NCBI GenBank assembly: GCA_003566815.1
Contig: PXBT01000214.1
Location: 1 to 44,259 of the forward strand
DNA from: Caldisericota bacterium
GTDB lineage: Bacteria; Caldisericota; Caldisericia; UBA6126
Reading direction: 5' to 3'
DNA length: 44,259 nucleotides
The notes beneath the pieces were generated by a model, which saw only the letters and a program-made list of their open reading frames with translations, made no database searches and was not told the origin of the DNA. Of this stretch, positions 1 to 7,374 are shown piece after piece. Each line of letters starts with the position of its first letter. The first letter of the stretch is position 1. The position numbers were made by a program, and so were the translations under genes.

Positions 1-1510
1 CCATCATCATATTCATGCTATTAACTATCGCAGTTAGAGGCGCTCTAAGTTCATGCGAAACCATACTTATAAATTCATTTTTTATCAGCTCCAGATTTTT
101 TTGCTCTGTAATATCCCTGGCATACCCTGTGGTGCCCTCTACATTTCCTTCCTCGTCCAGCAAAGGAGCCTTATATGTCTCGACCCAAAAGATCCCCTCT
201 TCGTTTTCAATTTTTTCTTCTACCATCAAGGGTTGTTTTGTAAAAGCCACTTGATCATCATTTTTTAAATATTTTTTAGCCATTTCTTCGGGCCAAACCT
301 CATCATCCTTGTTCCCAATAATTTTTCGGAAAGGTAAATTTGCAGTTTCCTGGTATTTTTTATTAACTGCCAAATAGCGACCATGATAGTCTTTTAGCCA
401 GATAATAAAAGGAAGGCTATCCAGCAAGGTTTGCTGTCGCAATTGCATTTTTTTTAACTTTTCTTCCTGGTTTTTGCTTTCAGTGATGTCTCGAATGATG
501 ACTAAAAAACCAATAAGGAAGTTGTTATGGTTAGTTAAGGTAGTTTTTTCAATTTCATACCATTGGTTATCATTTTGTTGATGATGCTCAAAAGTATTGT
601 TTTTATCATACTCATTGGGCAAAATATCGTTTAGTTTGTATTCGAAGCAACTAATTTTTTCAATACTGCTTCCATAAGCATTTCGGTTGATCTGTGCCCA
701 TTGTCTTGCTTGCTGGTTGGCAAGCATCAACTGATTTTGCTGATTGAACACCATTACTCCTTCTCGCATGCTTTTAAAAAGCCAGTTGAGAGCGATAGGT
801 TTGATTTCAAAAAACTGATATCGGATAAACACTAAAACAAAAATCAGTGCAGTCAGGGTTAAAGCAATAGGCGTATAATCAATGCCTTTCCAGGGAGTGA
901 GTTGATATACATAGAGTACATTACCAATCCAAGGTAAAAGCATTGCAATGATCATGAGCAGAGTTCTTTGCTTGTTAATAAATTGCTGCAAAATACAATG
1001 GCGTATAAGAATAATAAGTGCAATCAAAAGGCAAAGATATGAGAATAAAGCATGAAAAATCAAAGCAGGTCCATGATGGTATTGCAGGATCATGCTATTT
1101 TCTGATTGCAAAGGGGTGAATCCCGTCCAGATCCAACCGTGCCAGACATTCGTAAAAACCAGCATCAGCACTAAGAACGATTCGATTAAAAGCCATCGAC
1201 CCCAGGAACCTTTTCTTTCCTCAATCTGATGAACATAGTGATATACAAAAAGAAAAAATAGAGGCGCAGCAAAAGCAATGCCCAAATAAGAAAGCTGTGA
1301 CAAGAAAATTTTTACAGTTTCATAATTGCTGATGAGCTCCCAGGCTTGAAAAAAACACCAGCAAAAAAGTGCCAGCAGTAATAAAAGCATATAGATTCCA
1401 CCGGGCTGATCTCTGTGCTTATAGACATTCAGCATCAAAAAAACCAGGATGCCGCAAGCAATCAGCATAATGGTTGAAAAGACTGGAATCAGCTCAAATG
1501 TTACCTGCAA
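1..1510 (-). CDS. Sensor histidine kinase, N-terminal part only (C-terminus runs off the left window edge): multi-pass 7TM-type membrane domain, PAS-like segments, start of the HisKA H-box
   Basis: Absent from the ORF track because it is open to the edge. Hand translation of the minus strand from TTG 1510 is stop-free to nt 1; GGAGG lies 8 nt upstream and GTG 1516 is an alternative start. It reads a long hydrophobic domain ending ...IRYQFFEIKPIA, then WVETYKAPLLDEEGNVEGTTGYARDITEQK (PAS-like), then NEFISMVSHELRAPLTAI (H-box). Confidence 0.8.
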   Translation of the reverse strand, partial: MQVTFELIPVFSTIMLIACGILVFLMLNVYKHRDQPGGIYMLLLLLALFCWCFFQAWELISNYETVKIFLSQLSYLGIAFAAPLFFLFVYHYVHQIEERKGSWGRWLLIESFLVLMLVFTNVWHGWIWTGFTPLQSENSMILQYHHGPALIFHALFSYLCLLIALIILIRHCILQQFINKQRTLLMIIAMLLPWIGNVLYVYQLTPWKGIDYTPIALTLTALIFVLVFIRYQFFEIKPIALNWLFKSMREGVMVFNQQNQLMLANQQARQWAQINRNAYGSSIEKISCFEYKLNDILPNEYDKNNTFEHHQQNDNQWYEIEKTTLTNHNNFLIGFLVIIRDITESKNQEEKLKKMQLRQQTLLDSLPFIIWLKDYHGRYLAVNKKYQETANLPFRKIIGNKDDEVWPEEMAKKYLKNDDQVAFTKQPLMVEEKIENEEGIFWVETYKAPLLDEEGNVEGTTGYARDITEQKNLELIKNEFISMVSHELRAPLTAIVNSMNMMM

Positions 1511-1554
1511 TTGCACTTCCTCCCATTAAAAGCTATTATTAAAAGTATAATGCC

Positions 1555-3927
1555 ATGGTTAATATGATAAATAAAATTGGAAAAAGTAAAGTCATTTCAG
1601 TCCTTGATTTGGCTCAATTTCTTTTTCCTTCAGGTAATCTTTCGTTTACTTCCGCTTCTTCTGAACGCTTGCGGGAAGGAGCATCTCTTCATAGAGCTTT
1701 TCAGGCTGAAAACGAAGCTATGTCAGAAGTTTCACTTTCCAAAACTATTCCCATAAAAGGCTATTTTATCACTTTGCATGGAAGAGCTGATCAAATACTT
1801 GCTCAAGATCATGAGGTCATCATTCGAGAGATCAAAACCACCTTCCTTGCTCAAAATCAGCTTTCAATCGATACTTTCCCTTCTCACTGGCTTCAAGCTG
1901 TTGCATATGCTTTCCTCTACATTGACTCCCCTTTGGAGGATGGATCCATTAACCTTGAGTTATGTTATATTCATCTCCCTGGAAAAGAAGTCACGAGATT
2001 TAAGAAATCATTTACCCATGAAAAAATTTTTGAGCTGGCTTATGGTATGCTTGAATCCTATATCGCCTGGCAAAAAAAAGCAGATGACTGGATAATGCTG
2101 AGAAATAAATCCCTTCAATGCTCTTCTTTCCCTTTTAAAGGGATAAGAAAAGGTCAAAAAGAAGTTATGGAAAAAGTCAGTGAATGTTTTCAATTTTCAA
2201 CTTCTTTATGGGTTGAAGCTCCCACGGGAATAGGAAAAACCATGGCTGTGCTTTACCCTGCCCTTCAAGGCTTGAAAGATGGTTGTTTTGAAAAAATATT
2301 CTACCTGACCTCTAAAACTTCTCAGCAAATTCATGTTAATGAAGCCATTAATGTTTTAAGTTCAAAAGGTATAAAATTAAGAAGTATCCATTTAACAGCA
2401 AAAGAAAAAATCTGCTCAAACCAAGAAGGCAAATGTCAACCCCATCAGTGCCCCTTTGCAATCAAGTATTATGAGCGCCAAAGAGAGGGTCTTGAAGAGC
2501 TTCTTAAGATGGAATGCTTTAACAGCATGGATGCTTTTGTAATTGCTCAGCAATTCAGGCTCTGTCCTTTTGAATTTTTGCTGGATGCCTCTGTTTGGGC
2601 AGATATAATCATTGGAGATTACAACTATTATTTTGATCCCCGAGTACAACTGAAGCGGTATCTTAATCATCCACATTTTCAAGCGGTGGTGCTGGTAGAT
2701 GAGGCTCACAACCTTATAGACAGAGCTCGAAGCATGTATTCTTCCATATTGTTTAAAAAAAAGATTTGGCGCATTATGAAAAGCAGTCGAAGCAAAGAAC
2801 CTTCTGTTCATGAAGCATTAAAGCCTTTGCATGCATGGTTTCGAAATGAAGAAAAGGAATCTTTGGTTTTTTCACCACAGGGATATCCTCTTGAACATTT
2901 CCCCGAAACTCTTGAAATCATGCTCGAAGATGCACAGCAAGCTTACCTTGAGATAATGAAAAAAAATCCAGACCATATATGGTCAAGCGAATCGATGGAG
3001 CTTTATTATGAAATTAGCTTCATGTTAAGATTAATTCAACGATTTGATCAACGATATTTTACCTTTATTGGGCAAACCAAACAGGATGTTTTTTTAAAAA
3101 TATTTTGTATGGACCCCTCTATTGAACTCAGAGAAAGCTTTGATAAATCAGCATCAAAAGTTCTTTTTTCAGCGACACTGAGCCCATTGCCTTATTATAA
3201 AGATAGTCTGGGCGGATCTTTGGAAGAAGATGAATACAAGGCATCCTCTCCTTTTCCTCGTGAAAACTTGCTAACGCTTTTGGATGCTTCCGTTTCCACA
3301 AGATGGAAGGACCGCAAGTCTTCATTGAAAGATGTAAAGCAACTTATTCTAACCGCCACTCTTGCCAAAAAGGGTAACTATATGGTGTATTTTCCTTCAT
3401 ACCAGTACATGCAAGACCTGGTCAGGCTGATTGAAGAAAATGATTCCCTCCGAATAATAATGCAGCAAGCTAAAATGAATGAAAAAGAAAAAAAAGATTT
3501 TATTGATGCCTTTCAAGAGGAAAGAAGTTCCACTTTGATAGCCATGGCAGTCCTGGGAGGATCTTTTTCAGAAGGCATAGACCTGGTGGGAGAAAAATTG
3601 CATGGAGTTATTATTGTTGGAGTGGGGCACCCCAGCATTTGCATGGAAAGAGAATTAATAAAAAAATATTACGATGAACAAAATGGAAAAGGGTATGCCT
3701 ATGCTTACCTTTATCCCGGGGTCAACAAAGTGGTGCAAGCTGGAGGTCGAGTCATTCGATCTCTCTCAGACAAGGGTTTTATTTTACTCATTGATGATCG
3801 CTTTGCTCAATCAAATTATCATCAATTGCTTCCTGATCACTGGAAACCTTTGCACCTATTAAAAAATTGCGAAGACCTTCATGATCAGCTTGTATCATTT
3901 TGGCAGACAGGGGGACGGGGGTGTTGA
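1555..3927 (+). CDS. Nuclease-helicase fusion: N-terminal RecB/Cas4-type PD-(D/E)xK nuclease domain plus XPD/DinG-family Fe-S superfamily-2 DNA helicase
   Basis: N-terminal nuclease motifs: GRADQI (D), IIREIKT (ExK), QAVAY (QxxxY). Helicase motifs: APTGIGKT (Walker A), cysteines in CSNQEGKCQPHQCPF...LCPFEF (4-Cys Fe-S cluster pattern of XPD/DinG), VLVDEAHNL (DEAH box), QAGGRVIRS (motif VI). The start is ambiguous (ATG 1555 or ATG 1564) and neither has an SD. Confidence 0.8.
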   Translation: MVNMINKIGKSKVISVLDLAQFLFPSGNLSFTSASSERLREGASLHRAFQAENEAMSEVSLSKTIPIKGYFITLHGRADQILAQDHEVIIREIKTTFLAQNQLSIDTFPSHWLQAVAYAFLYIDSPLEDGSINLELCYIHLPGKEVTRFKKSFTHEKIFELAYGMLESYIAWQKKADDWIMLRNKSLQCSSFPFKGIRKGQKEVMEKVSECFQFSTSLWVEAPTGIGKTMAVLYPALQGLKDGCFEKIFYLTSKTSQQIHVNEAINVLSSKGIKLRSIHLTAKEKICSNQEGKCQPHQCPFAIKYYERQREGLEELLKMECFNSMDAFVIAQQFRLCPFEFLLDASVWADIIIGDYNYYFDPRVQLKRYLNHPHFQAVVLVDEAHNLIDRARSMYSSILFKKKIWRIMKSSRSKEPSVHEALKPLHAWFRNEEKESLVFSPQGYPLEHFPETLEIMLEDAQQAYLEIMKKNPDHIWSSESMELYYEISFMLRLIQRFDQRYFTFIGQTKQDVFLKIFCMDPSIELRESFDKSASKVLFSATLSPLPYYKDSLGGSLEEDEYKASSPFPRENLLTLLDASVSTRWKDRKSSLKDVKQLILTATLAKKGNYMVYFPSYQYMQDLVRLIEENDSLRIIMQQAKMNEKEKKDFIDAFQEERSSTLIAMAVLGGSFSEGIDLVGEKLHGVIIVGVGHPSICMERELIKKYYDEQNGKGYAYAYLYPGVNKVVQAGGRVIRSLSDKGFILLIDDRFAQSNYHQLLPDHWKPLHLLKNCEDLHDQLVSFWQTGGRGC
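3905..3921 (+). repeat. Left G-rich repeat AGACAGGGGGACGGGGG (REP-like), overlapping the last codons (QTGGRGC*) of the helicase gene
   Basis: Its reverse complement CCCCCGTCCCCCTGTCT matches 4771-4787 CCCCCGTCCCCTTGTCT at 16 of 17 positions. Similarity continues into a TTGnCT..TTTTT tail on both copies. Confidence 0.75.
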
Positions 3928-3970
3928 CTCATTTTTAACTTTTTTCTAAAATCTTTATGAGGAGGTTGTA

Positions 3971-4732
3971 GTGCCAAGAACAGCAAGAAAATTAAGTGAA
4001 AGTGGAATTTATCATATAATGGTTCGTGGGATCAATAGAAACATCATTTTTAGAGATGAAAACGATATCCGACATTTTCTTCAAATCCTAAGCACTTTAA
4101 AAAAAGATGGCAGTTTTGCTCTGTATGGCTATTGCTTTATGAGTAACCATGTTCATCTTTTGCTTCATGAAAAAACATTTTCATTGAGCGAGATCATGCG
4201 CAGGCTTGGAAGCAGTTATGTATCTTGGCACAATCGTAAATATGATCGAATAGGCTACCTGTTTCAAGATCGCTTTAAAAGTGAACCAGTTGAAGATAAT
4301 GCATACTTTTTAACTGTATTGCGTTATATTCATCAAAACCCTTTCAAAGCAGGGTTAATAAGCAATATTAGTGAATACCAATGGAGCAGTTATCCTGACT
4401 ATTTATATGCTAAAGGTTTTACTGATATTGACTTTGCGTTAAATATGTTCCATTCTGACAGAAAAAAAGCATTGCATGAATTCACTGTTTTTCATCTCAA
4501 ACAAACTGATGAACAATGCCTCGACATTGATGCCCCTCAGCCCATTTGTGACCAAAAAGCAACTGAGATCATCATAGAAGTATGCAAGATTAAACAACCT
4601 TCAGATTTGCTTAAAATGGATAAAACTTCTCGAAGAACCTTATTAAATAAATTAAAAGTTCAACAAGGCTTATCAATCAGACAAATTGAAAGACTAACAG
4701 GGATTAATCGAAATACTGTTTATAAATCTTAA
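3971..4732 (+). CDS. IS200/IS605-family Y1 HUH transposase-like protein (RAYT-like) with a C-terminal DnaA domain-IV-like helix-turn-helix
   Basis: GTG start with GAGGAGG 5 nt upstream. HUH motif in FMSNHVHLLLHE. Catalytic Tyr motif LRYIHQNPFKAGL. The C-terminal ...ATEIIIEVCKIKQPSDLLKMDKTSRRTLLNKLKVQQGLSIRQIERLTGINRNTVYKS resembles the Bac_DnaA_C pattern. Confidence 0.8.
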   Translation: MPRTARKLSESGIYHIMVRGINRNIIFRDENDIRHFLQILSTLKKDGSFALYGYCFMSNHVHLLLHEKTFSLSEIMRRLGSSYVSWHNRKYDRIGYLFQDRFKSEPVEDNAYFLTVLRYIHQNPFKAGLISNISEYQWSSYPDYLYAKGFTDIDFALNMFHSDRKKALHEFTVFHLKQTDEQCLDIDAPQPICDQKATEIIIEVCKIKQPSDLLKMDKTSRRTLLNKLKVQQGLSIRQIERLTGINRNTVYKS

Positions 4733-4753
4733 GAAATCATGCGATAATCTGCG

Positions 4754-4789
4754 ATAAAAAAAGACAACCCCCCCCGTCCCCTTGTCTTT
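4754..4789 (-). terminator. Hairpin AAAGACAA-(14 nt C/G-rich loop)-TTGTCTTT, followed on the minus strand by a T-run; likely terminator of the queA operon and part of the right REP-like copy
   Basis: Stem arms are 4760-4767 and 4782-4789 (8 bp, perfect). The minus strand reads hairpin, then TTTTTAT. It lies between the convergent RAYT-like gene and queA. Confidence 0.45.
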
Positions 4790-4805
4790 CGTCCCCTTGT
4801 CTTTA
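4771..4805 (-). repeat. Right G-rich repeat (inverted relative to 3905-3921), followed by a 15-bp direct tandem duplication GTCCCCTTGTCTTT(C/A) x2
   Basis: 4771-4787 is the inverted match to the left copy. GTCCCCTTGTCTTT occurs at 4776-4789 and again at 4791-4804. The second copy overlaps the queA stop codon (4803-4805). Confidence 0.75.
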
Positions 4806-5834
4806 AATGATAAGCATGGCATCGCCAAAGCTATAAAAGTGATAAGACTGTTCAATAGCCTCCTGGTAGGCTTTTAAAATCCCTTCTCTGTTATAAAATG
4901 CGCTTACAAGCATAATGAGGGTTGAGCCTGGTAAATGAAAATTGGTGATCAAGCTGTCAACAACTTGATAGGCATGCCCAGGACGAATAAATAATTTTGT
5001 TGACCCTGATCCTGCCTGAACTTGCCCATCCCGAGCCAGGCTCTCAAGAGTTCGTGTTACAGTCGTACCAACAGCAATGCATCTTCCGCCCTGCTTTCTT
5101 CTTTGGTTGATTTCATCTGCAACTTCTTGTGAAAGATGATAAAATTCTTCATCCATGGTATGACTTTCTATATCTTCAACCTTGACTGGCTTAAAAGTGC
5201 CAGGTCCAATATGCAAGGTAAGATAATTCACAGCAACGCCTTTTTCTTGAATCGCTTCCAGAAGATCATGAGTAAAGTGAAGCCCTGCAGTTGGAGCCGC
5301 AACAGAACCTTCTTTTTCAGCATAAACCGTTTGGTAATATTCTTTCCACTGGTCAGGATCTGAATGAATATAGGGAGGCAATGGTGTTTTTCCCACTTTA
5401 TCCAGAAGGTTTAAAAATGAAGTGTTGCTGTCCCATTCAAACTCAATGATTCGCTCACCCTGGGGAAGAACTTCCAACACCCTGGCTTTAATAAGACCTG
5501 AAGGATGCATTAAAAATGAACCGGTACGAGCTTTTTTTCCTGGAGATACATAGCAAACCCATTGCTTGTCCGTTCTGGGTCGGATCAATAAGACTTCCAG
5601 AGGACTGGAGGTTTCTTCTCGTTGCATCCACAATCGAGCAGGGATCACACGAGTATTGTTTAAAACAAGAATGTCCTCGGGATGCAAAAAATCCAATAAA
5701 TGAAAAAAATGTCGATGTTCTATTTTTCCCGAAACTCTATCGATCACCATCAATCGAGCCTGATCTCGATTTAATGATGGCTCCTGTGCAATCAAATGCC
5801 GAGGTAAATCAAAGTAAAAGTCAGTAGTTTTCAT
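4803..5834 (-). CDS. queA: S-adenosylmethionine:tRNA ribosyltransferase-isomerase
   Basis: The N-terminus MKTTDFYFDLPRHLIAQEP is typical of QueA. The start is re-set to ATG 5834, which forms an ATGA overlap with the rarA stop. The track start at 5867 would overlap rarA by 37 nt. Confidence 0.9.
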   Translation of the reverse strand: MKTTDFYFDLPRHLIAQEPSLNRDQARLMVIDRVSGKIEHRHFFHLLDFLHPEDILVLNNTRVIPARLWMQREETSSPLEVLLIRPRTDKQWVCYVSPGKKARTGSFLMHPSGLIKARVLEVLPQGERIIEFEWDSNTSFLNLLDKVGKTPLPPYIHSDPDQWKEYYQTVYAEKEGSVAAPTAGLHFTHDLLEAIQEKGVAVNYLTLHIGPGTFKPVKVEDIESHTMDEEFYHLSQEVADEINQRRKQGGRCIAVGTTVTRTLESLARDGQVQAGSGSTKLFIRPGHAYQVVDSLITNFHLPGSTLIMLVSAFYNREGILKAYQEAIEQSYHFYSFGDAMLII

Positions 5835-7138
5835 AGTTTTCCTAATTTTTTTTGAATTTTTTCCCATCGCTCTTTAAAGTACGCCTCTTTACCTCGAGCA
5901 ACAGGATGATAAAGTCTAAGATTCCTTAGCCTCTCGGGAAGATAGTCCTGCTGATAAACTTCATCGTCCTGAGAAGGTGGATACACATAATCTTTTCCAT
6001 AGCCATATTCTTTCATCCATCGAGTAGGAGCATTGCGAATCACCATAGGAACTTCTTCAAAAGGATGCTTGTCCACCCAGGCTTTTGCCTCATTTATAGC
6101 TTGATAAGAAGAAATACTCTTGGGCGCCAGTCCCAGGTAAATCACTAATTCTGCAAGGATACAATCGCACTCAGGAACCCCTATGACCTGACATGACTGA
6201 AACACATTCATTGCCAGCACCAAAGCAAAAGGATCCGCAAGCCCCACATCCTCCGAGGCAAATCGCACCAATCTGCGGGCAATGTATATGGGATCTTCTC
6301 CAGCATGAAGCATGCAGGCGAGATAATATAATCCAGCATCCACATCCGAGCCCCTCAGACTTTTATGCAGGGCTGAAATATAATCATAGTGATGCTCACC
6401 TTTTTTGTCATAACGAGGTATTCTTTTTTGAAGAATGTTTTGCAAATACTCTTCATCAATCAAAGTGCATTGTTCTTTTTTTGCAGTCATTGCTACGGTT
6501 TCAAGGACATTCAAAGCAACTCTTGCATCACCTGAAGAGTAAACACAAAGAAGGTTAATTGCTGTTTGAGACCATTGAAGATTTTCCTTCCCCAAGCCTT
6601 TTTCTTTATCAGCAAGGGCTCGTTTTACAATATTCCCGATATCATCTTCGTTTAAAGCATGCAAAACTAATATCTTTAACCTCGAAAGCAAGGCATTATT
6701 AAGCTCAAAAGAAGGATTTTCAGTGGTAGCTCCAATCAAGATAATGTGCCCTCTTTCAATATAAGGCAAAAAAGCATCCTGTTGCAGTTTGTTGAATCGA
6801 TGAATTTCATCAACAAAAAGAATTAGTCGAGTATTTCTTTCGCTCACTTCTTTGAGCAACTTCTTTATTTCAGGAATACCCGAAATCACTGCACTGAATC
6901 TGATGAAGGGCAATGAAGTGTAATCTGCAATCAGATTTGCCAGGGTGGTTTTTCCGCTTCCTGGTGGTCCCCAAAAAACTATGGACGGGAAATTTTTTCG
7001 AGATAGTAGTTCGGTCAGAAGTTTGCCAGGTCCCAGCAAATGCGACTGACCTGCAACCTCTTCCAGGGAGGAAGGTCGCATGCGCTCTGCAAGTGGTTTG
7101 ATTAATGAGTCATCCTCACGGGAAAAAAGCATACTCAT
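5831..7138 (-). CDS. rarA: Replication-associated recombination protein A (AAA+ ATPase, MgsA/RarA)
   Basis: FWGPPGSGKTTLA Walker A, ILFVDEIHRFNK Walker B/sensor, and a conserved MgsA C-terminal region (YDYISALHKSLRGSD, PIYIARRL). Confidence 0.9.
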   Translation of the reverse strand: MSMLFSREDDSLIKPLAERMRPSSLEEVAGQSHLLGPGKLLTELLSRKNFPSIVFWGPPGSGKTTLANLIADYTSLPFIRFSAVISGIPEIKKLLKEVSERNTRLILFVDEIHRFNKLQQDAFLPYIERGHIILIGATTENPSFELNNALLSRLKILVLHALNEDDIGNIVKRALADKEKGLGKENLQWSQTAINLLCVYSSGDARVALNVLETVAMTAKKEQCTLIDEEYLQNILQKRIPRYDKKGEHHYDYISALHKSLRGSDVDAGLYYLACMLHAGEDPIYIARRLVRFASEDVGLADPFALVLAMNVFQSCQVIGVPECDCILAELVIYLGLAPKSISSYQAINEAKAWVDKHPFEEVPMVIRNAPTRWMKEYGYGKDYVYPPSQDDEVYQQDYLPERLRNLRLYHPVARGKEAYFKERWEKIQKKLGKL

Positions 7139-7326
7139 TCGTGTTGTTGTCTGAATTGTTCTTTCTGTTTATATTTTTCAGATTGCACCAATACTTCAAC
7201 CATTTCACCCAGTTTTTTTTCTATCCTAACAATAGCTACCAGAGCTCTTACCAACAAAAGCAGGAAAGCAAGCGCAAGCAAAGATAATGAGGCATAAAAT
7301 ACAATAAACCATATCCAATTTTCCAT
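7135..7326 (-). CDS. Small single-pass membrane protein (63 aa), hypothetical
   Basis: AAGGAG SD lies 5-6 nt upstream of ATG 7326. One hydrophobic helix (WIWFIVFYASLSLLALAFLLLLV) is followed by a charged tail. ATGA stop/start overlap with rarA. Confidence 0.6.
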   Translation of the reverse strand: MENWIWFIVFYASLSLLALAFLLLLVRALVAIVRIEKKLGEMVEVLVQSEKYKQKEQFRQQHE

Positions 7327-7374
7327 TTTTTCTCCTTAATCGTCAAGCTATATCTTTTCCATTATAACGACATT

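Larger units (their letters stand above)
3905..4805 (+). mobile_element. Candidate RAYT/REP-like unit: a single HUH gene bracketed by inverted G-rich hairpin repeats
   Basis: The HUH Y1 gene lies between the inverted 17-mers (one mismatch). This arrangement resembles the described RAYT genes flanked by REPs in inverted orientation. Mobility itself cannot be shown from one window. Confidence 0.45.
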
